NCBI GenBank assembly: GCA_030390025.1
Contig: CM059432.1
Location: forward strand, 134,418,001 to 134,482,000
Direction of reading: 5' to 3'
DNA: 64,000 bases
Source: Squalus acanthias
Taxonomy: Eukaryota
Shown: piece after piece, positions 13,093 to 25,284 of the stretch
Position numbering within the stretch: the first letter of the stretch is position 1
Layout: each line of letters starts with the position of its first letter
The notes under the pieces: generated by a model
What the model was told of the DNA's origin: nothing
What the model saw: only the letters and a program-made list of their open reading frames with translations
Databases searched by the model: none
Position numbers and translations under genes: made by a program

Positions 13093-13889
13093 AACTCAAT
13101 GAGCAGTCATCAGATTTGCAGTTCATTCTAAACTGGGAGGGACAGTAGAATCTGAGGAGGCAGCTCAGAAATTACGGAATGATTCAGACAATATGCGAGC
13201 GAGCCGATGAAATGTAACGTAGACGAGTGTAAAGTACCGCACATAGGTAGAAATATGGCTCGAGAGAGAGGGAGGGGTGATTAGAAATTTAGTTAGGGAT
13301 GCATTAGTAATAGGAGAATCAATATGTACACGAGTGGATACTTGGTAATGCAACTCAATTCAGAATGGCCAAATTCTTCTGCTTCAGGAGACTGAGGAGT
13401 TAATTCTTTGCTGGCATCCTTCTTGGTCTGTCTCGTGGACTGCATCCTCATTGCACTTTAAAAATGGCTAGTTTTACATCTTTCTTGCTGATGCAGAAGC
13501 AGTTTGCTAATGTTTGCCAGTTTCTCACAGTTTCCCTTCCTTTTCAAGGCCTAGCTAGGCAGCTGTCTTTGCCGTGGCGTCCTTATCTCCTCTGGTCCTT
13601 CGAAAGTACGGAATATTTTGAACTAAGACTACAAACAAATACTTTTAACCAAATTCTGCTATTTGAGTAATCCAGGGTTTCTAGTCCATCCTTTTTTTCT
13701 TTGCTTTCAAGGTCCAAAATCTTTCAGTCGCCCCCTCAAGTGAGTTTGAGAGATCGAACACCCCCACTTTAAATCATTCTTTGAATCTGAATTGCACTCA
13801 CCACAGATAAGGCTAAAGATTGCTCTAAAGATTAAAAGGGATTGTTACATTAGTGGGATTGTACTATACGCCCTAATTGTGAGAGGGAA

Positions 13890-14345
13890 ATGGAAGTAGA
13901 AAACAGAGTAGTGGTGAACAGTTATTTTTCAGACTGGAGGGCCTGTGGTGACCCCCAGGGGTCGGAATTCGGACCACTGCTCTTTTTGATGTATATTAAT
14001 GACCTGGACTTGGGTATAGGGGGCACAATTTCAAAGTTTGTAGATGAGACAAAACTTGGAAATATAGTAAACAGTGAGGAAAGTGGCAGTCTTCAGGAGG
14101 ACTTAGACTGGTGAAATGGGCAGAAACATGGCAGATTAAATTTAATGTAGACAAGTGTAAAGTGATGCATTTTAGGACACCGAATAAGGAGAGGCAATAT
14201 AAACCAAGATGATACCAAGAATGAGTGATTTCAGTTATTGTAGAGAGACTAGAAAAGCTGTGATTGTTCTCATTAGAGCAGAGAAGATTATGCAGAGAAT
14301 TAATGAGATGTTCATAATTATGAGGGGTTTTGATAGAGTAATTCT
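13890..14345 (+). mobile_element. Decayed CR1 RT fragment
   Basis: PQGSEFGPLLFLMYINDLD...ISKFVDETKLG. Confidence 0.85.
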
Positions 14346-14444
14346 GCTTTAGCGACATTAGAAACCTGTATTTGCTATATCTGTTGGTTCAGCCAGTAGC
14401 ACCTGCATGATCCTTAGCGAATTTAGAAAGAAAAAAAATTCTCT

Positions 14445-14555
14445 GGATGCGGGTGTCGCTGGCAAGGCCGCATTTATTACCTAGTTGCCCTGAGGAGGTG
14501 GCGGTGGGCTTTCTCCTTGAGCCACTACAGTCCTTGTAGTGATAGTGCTCCCATG
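14445..14555 (-). mobile_element. 3'-end fragment of the LINE family seen at 47285-49580
   Basis: GGATGCGGGTGTCGCTGGCAAGGCCGCATTTATT...GAGGTGGCGGTGGGC resembles 47292-47400. Confidence 0.7.
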
Positions 14556-15039
14556 ATGAAACATAAAGGAGTTGAAAAGGATAGGGAATAAAAATGATTC
14601 TCTATACTAGGAGAAGTGACCTACATTACAACTGGAACTTAGTGCATCTCAAGCTCTCTTCATACTCAAACCTTTGACACGACTGCTGCACCAGCATTTG
14701 TGGTGGCTGGTACTACCTACAGGGGGTAGTCTTGCATGATTTCAGTTCCTTTAGGTGGCAGCAAGGCAAAGCCTACTTTTCATTTATTAAACAAAACACC
14801 TTTGGTGGTATTGCAGGCTGCCTTTTAATTGCCTATGATTGTAATAGAGCCAACTGCCTTATGAGTTGTCCTCAATTGGTCGATGCTGCTCAGATTAAGG
14901 GAATGGTAAAGTGCATGCATTTGAATCCACGCTTGTAGAGTTCTGCAGCAATGCAAATGGTAAGTGGAGACTAATGACATCAGGAGCTTTGCAGAACTTC
15001 AACCCGCTAGTGTGGAGGCTAAGTGAGGCAAGTTCTATA

Positions 15040-15173
15040 CAACGTTCCCTCTAAGCTGCACCGCCTACCGGTCCCGTACAGCCTGGTACCGGCTTTTCCA
15101 ATGTTAAGTTACTGTGAAACTGTGAATGGGCCATCCAGCCCGTTAAAGGGGCCGCGCACCCAGGGGAACATTG
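15040..15173. mobile_element. hAT-type MITE (134 bp), same TIR family as 3798
   Basis: TIRs CAACGTTCCCTCTAAG / CAGGGGAACATTG, with a degenerate 8-bp TSD GTTCTATA / ATTCTGTA. Confidence 0.75.
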
Positions 15174-15243
15174 ATTCTGTATAGCTATTACTGTAATGCA
15201 ACTGCAGTGTTATATTGCACTGCTCTAAGTAAAGCTTAACTAA

Positions 15244-15477
<234 letters not shown>

Positions 15478-18400
15478 ATACGGTCTATTCAACAAGTGCA
15501 CCAAATGATCAACTCCTGGAAAGAACACCGAAACCCATGTAGTTGAACCAGAGCCAATAACTTTATATTGGTTCGCAGCATGCTGGAAGGATTTCAAAGT
15601 CACTTTCTAGTAAAGGGGTTTAAACAATTGAACTATTGGTGGAATGTTTATGGTTATTTATATATTTTTCTATTCTGCATAATTCAAACCAATGTTTTTT
15701 GGACTAGTTTACGTAAATGCCTTACATGTTACTGTTTCTATAACTTTTTGTTTTCTTCCTAACATTCTTTCCGGGACACTTATTTTCACTGCTGTATCGC
15801 TCTCACGAATACAGCTTTGTTTCATGGCAATATTGAGGTTATGAGACCTAAATCCTTGGAGTATATCCAAAGAGAGAATCTTGCCTTCAAGGCCCATTCT
15901 TAAAAATCAAACCATTTGATTCCTTTTCACAATTTCTGTTTTAATGTGACTACTGTTTCTGTTTTCTTCCCTTCCAAAAGGAGACGAACTTTGAAGAAGT
16001 TGTGTCTTATAGTGGGAGGGAGATGATGTGCCATTCACACTTGAACTTTCAAGTAACCCGAGTTAATAATGTCATTAGCACGTAGTTCAAGTTAAATCCA
16101 CAAAAGTTACGTGTTAACCTACAGAAATAAAGTGGAGAAGGATTGGGAGGCGGGGAAAAGCCTGTTTAATTTGATTATGGTTGGGCAGTATAGCGATGGC
16201 GGACATTGGAATTGGGCATGGTGTGCTGCGGAGTAGAGTGGTAGGACAGAAATTTGTGCTCGGGATCCTCTGCACGCAGGGCTCCTGATAGCAACTGTGC
16301 TGAAACCAGGTGCTTCTCCGCGCGGAGAATTGCCATGGGCCCCCCCGGAACAAGCAGTTTCAAAGTAACATTGGCAGAAGTCTGGGGGCAGCTTAGCTTC
16401 CTGCTCAGTCTTGAGTGGCAGGAGGTAGTCCCAGGAGAAGAAGTGAATAGCATTTTAAAAAAAAAGTACAGATTACCCTTGGCAACAAAAAAAGTTAATT
16501 ATGATCACTTTCGACTTTTTAATAAAAGTGGTAATGAAAGTGAGAATTGACTATTAATGAAAAGGTGCATAATGAAAATATGCTTAATGATACTGACTCT
16601 ATTTTCCTTCTTCCTTAACTGCAGTTATTTAATTGAAGTGTTCTGATCACACAGTAATTTCATACAGTGGTGTCGGGACCATTCTTAATCACGGGTGATC
16701 CAGTTCACTTCTTGCCTGCCCCACATCTCCCTGTTTGAATCAGTACTGTTGAAATATGCCCATATTTAAAGTATAGTTGTCATGTTTAAATAGCAGCACT
16801 GTTTCAAGAAAGCATTTATACATTAGGTAAGGAACTAAAATGTAATCCATTTTATGTACATAGCCGGTTTAGTACTCCCTGTGCCATGCATCGTTCTAAG
16901 TGACCACCCCCTCGTGGCCCAGGACAACATTTTGTTTACTCCCTTTCTCTTCCTTCCCATTGCACTTCCCTTTGGAAAGCATCTTGCTACTACCGGGTGC
17001 TTTCTCCGCACCATGTGAGTTCTTGATCTCAGCCAGGCTACATGGGAATTGCAAGAATAGACTTGTTGCCCAGCACGCTGTGGCACAGCATGTTGAGCCA
17101 CGGATGGGTTTTACTAACCTGAATGTAGTTTAATAATCCGATCCATTTTCTATCACACAATTTCAGCGTGGTCAATCCAGCTCGCTGAATTGAATTTTCT
17201 TTTCCTGTTGTCTTTGAAGGAGGACTTGGTATCTGTGAATAGTGAATCCACCCCATAAACTACTTACGCTGTCAAATCCAAGTAAAAGTACGTGCTATTG
17301 CTCAGTTACAGTCCTGTGTTTTTAACGAGCATTTAACCAAGCTCCTTTTATTTACTGTATTCACTTAGAAACTATTGATGTAAGTTATGATCATTGTGAA
17401 ATTGTAATTTTCTAAAGGTTTACTTTTCTTGCTTTGTCTGTGCAATTTTGTTAAATTGGTTATTTGTTTTACATTCGCAGGATGCCAGCAATCTGTGAAA
17501 TTGTATTTATCACACTGAAGTTAATGGGGCAACATCACAAGTTAATTTTGAATAGTTGGGAGGAATTTCACTGAAACCTGCACATAATAGGTTTAGTATA
17601 ACTGAAATGGAATGTTAAAGCAACTATCAGTTTGGGTGACTGGCCTTGGGCTGTGTACACCTACTAATGAGAACTGTACCTGGAGAAGTGACGAGGTCTT
17701 TTTAAGTTACAACCATCGTTCTCCCGATTCGCTCAGGAACTATTCACTGGATTGTTACTAAAAAAAAAAATTGTCACTGAGTGACATTTGTTCTACAACA
17801 GGTTTGGTCTTTCTGACCCATAGCTGGTTGTCATATTTTGCTTTGGGCCTAAGTGACCTTACAATTAAGTGTATGCCGTTTTAAACATGAACATTTTAAG
17901 CCAAGTTGTCTGTCTTCTATGCTTGTGTATTCAGACTGCAAAATGTGTGTATGTATTCAAAAGTAGGGGGCTGCTAAATACTGACCTTTTCTACTTTGTT
18001 GATTATCAAACGATCTCAATTTTCTTAAATATTTTGTGTTAAGAAAATTCTTGATTTTTGAAAAGTATAAAGAACGATTACACATTTGAGACATATTGAC
18101 TGAAGTACAGAGCTCTAGTCCTAAAATAGCTATCACTTTCATTCTGCTGAGCAAGATTGTGCAGTTTGCCACTTTTGATATCTGAATAAACATTGTGCAT
18201 TTTATGGCCCAAACTCTGCAGTCAATATTTGTTAAACATGTAGTCACCATTTTAAAACTAAAACGAGCCTATTCTGGTCTGTTTTGCACAGGCTGTACCA
18301 TGTGTTGTGTAACACTAGTAGGCAGCAGTACATTATGCTGCCTGCTGCTCTCAATTAGCAGGCAAAAATGAGAGAATCCCGTTTGTGGTGGCTTGTCAGT

Positions 18401-19000
18401 CCTCGGGTGTAATAATCCTGATTCCATAATGTTTACAAAATTTTGTTTTGCCTAGTTGGTGTTCAGTTAATTCACTTTGGAAATATTTACTATGGGACTG
18501 TAGTCAAAAGAGTATATTGGAATTTCACACTTCACAACTAGTCTTGGGACTGTTGGTATTTTATCAGTTATTTTTAAGGATTACTTGCATTGTAGGAAAT
18601 GGTTGTTTACACTATTTTGTTTAGTATTTACATTTGTGAACATTTATTTATAAGTGTTGAAGATTAGTACTGTTTGTATTCTTGTGTCAAATGTACCAAA
18701 AAACGAAGACTGTTCATTGCCAAAAGAAGGCAGGTGAAAGTACTTTACCAGCAAAGGAATGTTGCACAATATTATAACAAGCCTTCCCTAAGACTTTAAG
18801 TCTATGTTGACATTCAACATCATATCTGGATGCTTTACCATTTTCGGATGCAAAAATAAAAGAGGATCAAAAGAAGTCTGCACAAGGAAGCAGGAAGACA
18901 CATGATCAAAATTTCAGTGCATTCATTAGCCTGTCATGCATATCCATGTATTAAACTAAAACCTAAATAAGAATAAATATTTGGAACTGTGGGAGTTGGA
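15478..19000 (+). other. Probable long 3' UTR of SLC66A2 with candidate poly(A) signals
   Basis: About 3.5 kb of AT-rich, TE-poor sequence after the stop. AATAAA at 18855 and at 18972, the latter followed by GT-rich sequence. The end is uncertain. Confidence 0.45.
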
Positions 19001-19231
19001 TTCTTGTAAATGTATTTAATATTCATGTTTCCTTCCCTTTAAATCAAAGACTTGAATAACATCTTTCTGTGTTATAGTATTATAACTAAGTATATAAATA
19101 GTCACTTGTCAAGAATGTATTGGTCTTAATGGCCGCACTGGCAAAGGTGAAATTGTAGACTTGTTCTTTATGCTTATGATTTTGCTCTATCAGAGGGAAT
19201 CATACCTCGCAGTATTTGCTCTGGAACACTC

Positions 19232-21140
19232 AACAACAACAATTTGCATTTATATAGCGCCTTTAATGTAGTAAAACGTCCCATGGCACTTCACTGGAGC
19301 GTTATCAAACAAAATTTGACACTGAGCCACGTAAGGAGGCAGATGACCAAAAGCTTGGTTAAAGTGGTAGGTTTTAAGGAGAGTCTTAAAGGAGAGAGAA
19401 AGAGAGGTTTAGGGAGGGAGTACCAGAGTTTAGGGCCTAGGCAGCTGAAGGCACGGCCGCCAATAGTGGAGCGATTAAAATAGGGGATGTGCAAGAGCCA
19501 GAATTGGAGGAGTGCAGAGATCTCGGCGGGTTGTAGGGCTGGAGGAGGTTACAGAGATGGGGAGGGGCGAGGCATTGAGGGAATTGAAAACAAGGATGAG
19601 AACTTTAAAATTGAGGCATTGCCGGATCAGGAACCGATGTAGGTCAGCGAGCACAGGGTGATAGGTGAATGGACATGGTGCAAGTTAGGAAACGGCCAGC
19701 AGCGTTTTGGATGAGCTCAAGTTTATGGAAGGTGGGAGGCCGGCCAGCAGAGCATTGGAATAGTCGAGTCTAGACGCAACAAAGGCATGGATGAGGGTTT
19801 CAGCAGCAGATGAGCTGAGGCAGGGGTGGAGTTGGGTGTTGCTACGGAGGTGGAAGTGGATGGTCTTGGTGATGGCATGGATGTGTGGTCGGCGGTGTTC
19901 CTTTAAGCAGCACAGCTGTGCAGCGCTCTGGATGTCCCGTGCAGCGGATGAGCTGGCTTTTAAATGGAAAAACTGCACAGGTGTGAAACTTTGAATGGGC
20001 CACGCGGCCCAAAAAACAATGAGAGGGAACATTGGTGGTCGGAAGCTCATCTCGGGGTCAAATACAACACCAAGGTTGTGAATGGTTTGGTTCAGCCTTA
20101 CAGTTGCCAGGAAGAGGGATGGAGTTGGTATCTAGTGAACGGAGTTTGTGGCGGGCTTTGGTCTTCCCAATATTTTGTTGGAAGAAATTTCTGCTTATGC
20201 AGTACTGCATGTCACACAAGCAGCCTAACAAATCAGACAGTGGAGGGGTCGAGAGAGGCGTTGAAGTAGAGCTGGGTGTCGTCAGCATACATGTGGAACC
20301 TGACATGTTTTTGGATGATGTTGGCGAGGGGCAGCATGTAGATGAGAAATAGGAGGGGGCCAAAGATAGATCCTTAGGAACTCCAGATGTCACGGAGAAG
20401 CCATTGCAGGTGATTCTCTGGCTATGACTGGATAGTTAAGAATGGAACCAGGTGAGTGCAGTCCCACCCAGCTGGATGACTGAGGAGAGGTGTTCGAGGA
20501 GGATGGTGTGGTCAACCATGTCAAAGGCTGTAGACAGATCGAGAAGGACGAGGTGGGATAGTTTACCACAGTCACATAGGATGTAATTTGTGACTTTGAT
20601 GAGAGTCATTTCGGTACTGGGGCGGAAACTTGGTTCGAGGGATTCAAACATGGCGTTCTGGGAAAGATGGGCACGGATCTGTGAGGCGACAGCACTTTCA
20701 AGAACTTTGGACAGGAAAGGGAGGTTGGAGATGGGGCGGTAGTTTGCAAGGACAGGGATTAAGAGTGGGTTTTTTAAGGAGAGGGGTGATGATGGCAGAT
20801 TTGAAGAGATGGGGGACAGTACCTGAGGAGAGAGAACTGTTAACAATATCAGCTAACGTGGGGGCCAGGAAGGGAAGTTGGGTGGTCAGCAGTTTAGTGA
20901 GAATAGGATTGAGGGAGCAGGAGGTAGGTCTCATGGACAAGATGAGCTCGGGAGGGCATGAGGAGAGAACTAGAGAAAGATGTGAGTTCAGTGTTAGGAC
21001 GGGGAAGCCTTAGAGGAAGTTTGGCCTGGTGGGCTAGGGGAAGAGAGGGAAGTGGCAGAGGCAGCTCAACAGATGGTCTCAATCTTAGTCACAGAGAAGT
21101 CCATGAGCTCCTCGCAGTTGTTGGAGGTGAGGGTAGCTGT
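19232..21140 (-). mobile_element. L2-clade LINE (RT part + 3' tail), decayed
   Basis: Minus fragments NYRPISNLPFLSKVLE, LVLLDLSTAFDMVDH and LIHAFVASRLDYSNALLAGLP. Tail is the reverse complement of GGCGCTATATAAATGCAA(GTT)n. Confidence 0.92.
19893..20034. mobile_element. hAT-type MITE (142 bp) nested in L2
   Basis: TIRs CGGTGTTCCTTTAAG / GAGAGGGAACATTG, with a perfect 8-bp TSD GTGGTCGG (19885-19892, 20035-20042). Confidence 0.88.
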
Positions 21141-21869
21141 TTGGAAATTGACAGTCATCCATGGCACACCCAGTAGATGTTTGTGATTAATGGAGACCGA
21201 GTTCCATGGAAATTTTCTCTCATTTCCTTTCTCATTGAAGATGCCATTAGGGGCCACCAGCCACACTTTGAGAAAGGTCTGCTTCATTGTCCAGTGGTAC
21301 TGCATATATATTTTTTCCTTTTAATTCTGTGCAAAAGCACAAAGGGCAGGTTTCTCATGCATGACTATTGCTTTTACTTTTTCAAAAGAAATCTGCATAT
21401 CTAAACAAATGAGCTTTTTCTAAAACCTGTATAATACCATTTTGAATAAGTAATAATCACTTGTTTGAGTTACAGATTTATTGTACATTGAAGAACAGGA
21501 AAACATCATGATACAAGCTTTGAATGCTGTCCATTGCTACACGGGAACCTTGTGCTAATGAACAATTCTTGCTTTTACAAACTTTGACACCAGCAGATGT
21601 TGTCTGCTGGGTGTTAAATGAATGCAAATTGGGGGATGAATCTTTTGGAACTTTTTTCTATTTTCAAAGAAATTCTGCTTACTTTAGTAATTGAAGATAT
21701 GATCATATCACATTTGATTTTTCTTCATGTTTATAGCAACTTTGTTAATTTTTCTTTAATTCAATAAATTGCGAGGCTGTGTTTAAATTTTAAATCCTGG
21801 TTTAATTGCAAATCTGCAATTTTAGTCCTTAGAGGATTTCTGGGGCATTTTAAACATGCATAAAAGCAT

Positions 21870-23381
21870 GTGGCACGTTCTTTGTTCCAGTCCTACTCGA
21901 GTCCCCTTCCTCACCTCTTTTTCCAGTACATTGATGACTATCGGTGCCGTTTCCTGCTCTCGCCCTGAACTAGAAAATTTCCTTCACTTCGCTTTCAATT
22001 TCCACCCTTCCCCCACCTTCACATGGTCCATCTCCGACTCTTCCCTTCCCTTTCTCAACTTATTTGTCTCCATCTCTGGGGATAGGCTATTGACGGACAT
22101 TCACTATAAGCCCACTGACTCCCACAGCTACCTGGACTACATTTCCTCCCACCCCGCTTCCTGTAAAGACTCTATTCCATTCTCCCAGTTATTCCGTCTC
22201 CTCCACATCTGCTCTGACAATGCCACCTTCCATACTAGTGCTTCCGACATGTCTTCCTTTTTCCTCAACCGAGGATTCCCCTCTACTGTGGTTGACACAG
22301 CCCTTGACCGTGTCCGTTCTATTCCCCGCACTTCTGCTCTCACCCTTTCCCCTCCCTCCCGGAACCACGATAGGGTTCCCCTTATCCTCACCTTTCACCC
22401 CACCAGCCTCCGCATTCAACGGATCATTCTCTGCCATTTCTGCCACCTCCAGCGTGATCCCACTACCAAATACATCTTCCCCTCACCTCCCCTTTCAGCA
22501 TTCCTAAGGGACTGCTCAATCCGCGACACCCTGGTCCACTCCTCTATCACCCCCAATGCACCTTCCCGTGCAAGCGCAGGAGATGCAACACATACCCCTT
22601 TACCTCCTCCCTTCCCACTGTCCAAGGCCCCAAACACTCCTTCCAGGTGAAACAGCGATTTACTTGTACTTCTTGCAATTTAGTATACTATATTCGCTGC
22701 TCACGATGCGATCTCCACTACATTGGGGAGACCAAACGCAGATTGGGTGACTGCTTTGCGGAACACTTCCGTTCAGTCCGTAAGGGTGACCCCGAGCTTC
22801 CGGTCGCCTGTCACTTTAATTCTCCGCTCCACTCCCACTCTGACCTCTCCGTCCTCGGCCTCTTACGCTGTTCCAATGAAGCTCAACGTAAGCTCGAGGA
22901 ACAGCACCTCATCTTTCTATTAGGCACTTTACAGCCTTCTGGACTCAACATCGAGTTCAACAATTTCAGACCATAACCTCGGCCTCTTATCTTTTTTTTC
23001 CATTTTTTTTCTCTCACATGGCAGCTGTCGATTATTCTGCCATTTACACTTCATCTAGAGTCATCTTTTGTTTCTTGACTTGTCCTATTACCATTTTCTT
23101 TTGCCTTGCACCATCATCCCTTTTGTCTCTTAATCTCTCCTGCTTTCCATCCTATCATAGACCTTCCCTTTTGTTCTTTCCTCTCCTCCCATCTTTCCCT
23201 GCCCCTACACTTGCTTAAAAACCTGTTCCATCTACAACTTTTTCCAGTTCTGAGGAAGGGTCATCGACCTGAAACGTTAACTCTGTTTCTCTCTCTACAG
23301 ATGCTGCCTGACCTGCTGAGTATTTCCAGCATTTTCTGTTTATATTTCAGATTTCCAGCGTCTGCGGTATTTTGCTTTTGT
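21870..23381 (+). mobile_element. Penelope-like element (family A), 5'-truncated: RT C-terminus + GIY-YIG endonuclease + pseudo-LTR
   Basis: LPFLNL...TDIHYKPTDSHSYLDY..SHP, and NLVYYIRCSRCDLHYIGETKRRL (GIY-YIG). 14-bp TSD ATGCATAAAAGCAT (21856-21869, 23382-23395). Confidence 0.93.
23246..23282 (+). ncRNA. Minimal type-I hammerhead ribozyme motif in the Penelope pLTR (family A)
   Basis: AGUU-CUGAGGA-A-GGGUC-AUC-GACCU-GAAAC-GUU-AACU. Helix I is AGUU/AACU, helix II is GGGUC/GACCU, and helix III is the palindrome ACGU. Confidence 0.75.
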
Positions 23382-24022
23382 ATGCATAAAAGCATATCTT
23401 GTCTTTGTAACTGATTGAAGTTCCACAGATAGGATTTGGGAATAAAGTTACATTTAAATATTGTGTTTTAACAAAAACGTGTATCCAGACAAGTTAAAGA
23501 TTAAAAAAAAAGGCTGAGGCCATATGTAGTTCAGATGCTAATGAGCTCACTGTGATGTTTCCTCATAGGCTATAAATAAGTAATCTGTTAGCCTGTTGAG
23601 GTTATCAAAAAAACACCTCACACCTATGGTATTCTGAAGTCTTCGATTTTTTTTGGCTGTGGACAAAGAGACATAAGGTGGAGGCTGGAACACATCCTGG
23701 CAGAGTGGTCATTTTTGAAACCGGAAGGCTGCAAGGTTGGTCATGTCCGTTGAGGGGAAAGCTCTAATGAATGGCGTTTGCTGAGGCAAATAAATTAGAA
23801 ATGCGAAGCCACTGTGTTTAAGTCAAGCAAGATGACCCACTGATGTTGGCTAGTGTAGCATGTTCTTTATTTTGTTTTATTATTTGAAAATACGTTGTAT
23901 GGTTTTAATCAAGCGCATCCGGTCAGAACTGCCTTCCTGTAGGTTCACCTTACTGTGAAATAAAGAAACTTAACAATTTGTCTTTGTCTGACCAAATGTT
24001 TGCTCGGTCCACCTTCGAAGAA

Positions 24023-24172
24023 CATTGTTTGAAGAACACAGGCATTGTTCTCTGTCTATATATGCTTTGCCGATTCGTATCCTTCACTTCACCTGACGAA
24101 GGGGCAGCAGCTCCGAAAGTTTGTGATTTCAAATAAAACTGTTGGACTATAACCTGGTGTTGTGCGACTTCT
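24023..24172 (+). mobile_element. Short non-coding Penelope-type terminal-repeat insertion (family B) with a hammerhead motif at 24089-24126
   Basis: 13-bp TSD CACCTTCGAAGAA (24010-24022, 24173-24185). Contains TCAC-CTGACGA-AGGGGCAGCAGCTCC-GAAAGTTT-GTGA. Homologous to 31950 and 43201. Confidence 0.8.
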
Positions 24173-25284
24173 CACCTTCGAAGAAGTTCATGTGCGAAAG
24201 AGATGATAAGGTGATAATATTTATGCCCCAAGCTCACCCTCCTGCTGTTAAAACCCTCATCCAAACCATTATCTTGAGGATCAAGTTCTCAACGCCTTCC
24301 TCATTGTCTTGGCTGCCGACACCCTTCATAAACTCCAATTAATCTAGAAATCTGTGACCGGAGTCTTTTCCAGCATATAACCGCCCCCCATACACATCAC
24401 CACCTCCATCATGCAGCTCCACTCGCTCCCCAATTTGCTCATTTTCAAATCTTTCCCCAACCTATCTGAGAAATCTCCAGTTGTAGTTTCCACCCACACT
24501 TTTTATTCCTCTGATTTTGATTGCGACTTGTACCCCACTCCGTCTGCTTCATTGTCAGATGTTCATTGTCAGAAGTTGTTCTCCCATGATTGGAGACCAG
24601 TCTTTCAATCACTCTAGGTTTTTAAAGAAGATAGATAGAAATCAAATTAAATTTAATGTGTTAGTTGCATTTTTTTTCTATTTGTGTCAATGACATTTTT
24701 TCTCTTTAAAATAAAATTTTCCTCTACAGCTGTAACCAATCCAATTGCTGGTTAATAGAAATGATTGCTTATGTGTGCACATGAACTTAAACTCAAACAT
24801 GTTACAGTATAAAATGGCAGAAATTTGTTTATAAATATATTTTATATTCAGATCTAAATTACCAAGTGGTTAACAGTAAATGACAATACACACAAATACA
24901 GTATGTACAAGCTAAGACTGATACTGGTTGACATTTCAAATAGTATTACTACATTCAGTGACTTTATACATTAACTGCAAATATTTCCATAATATTTATA
25001 CAACAAATCAAAATACTTAATATAATGAGCTGCTGTAATATACAAATGCTCCGCTTAAACAAAACTGATACAACAAAGAGAATAAAATGAACATTAAGTG
25101 ATCTTTTTCCTTAAAAACTTAAATATATATCTTCCTTAGTTCCTTGTTCTAAAATCCAATAACAAAAGTTGGTTTACTCCCAACATTTATTTGTGGTGGC
25201 CCGTTGTTTATTTTATTCTCAGTCAGCTCCCTTCCCCCATCTACCTGCCTGCATCGATGTTGTTCTTACTAGTTGGTAGCATCA

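Noticed and set aside
16240..17200. GC-richer patches in the putative SLC66A2 3' UTR resembling MITE relics
   Set aside because: Could not define paired TIRs or TSDs by eye.
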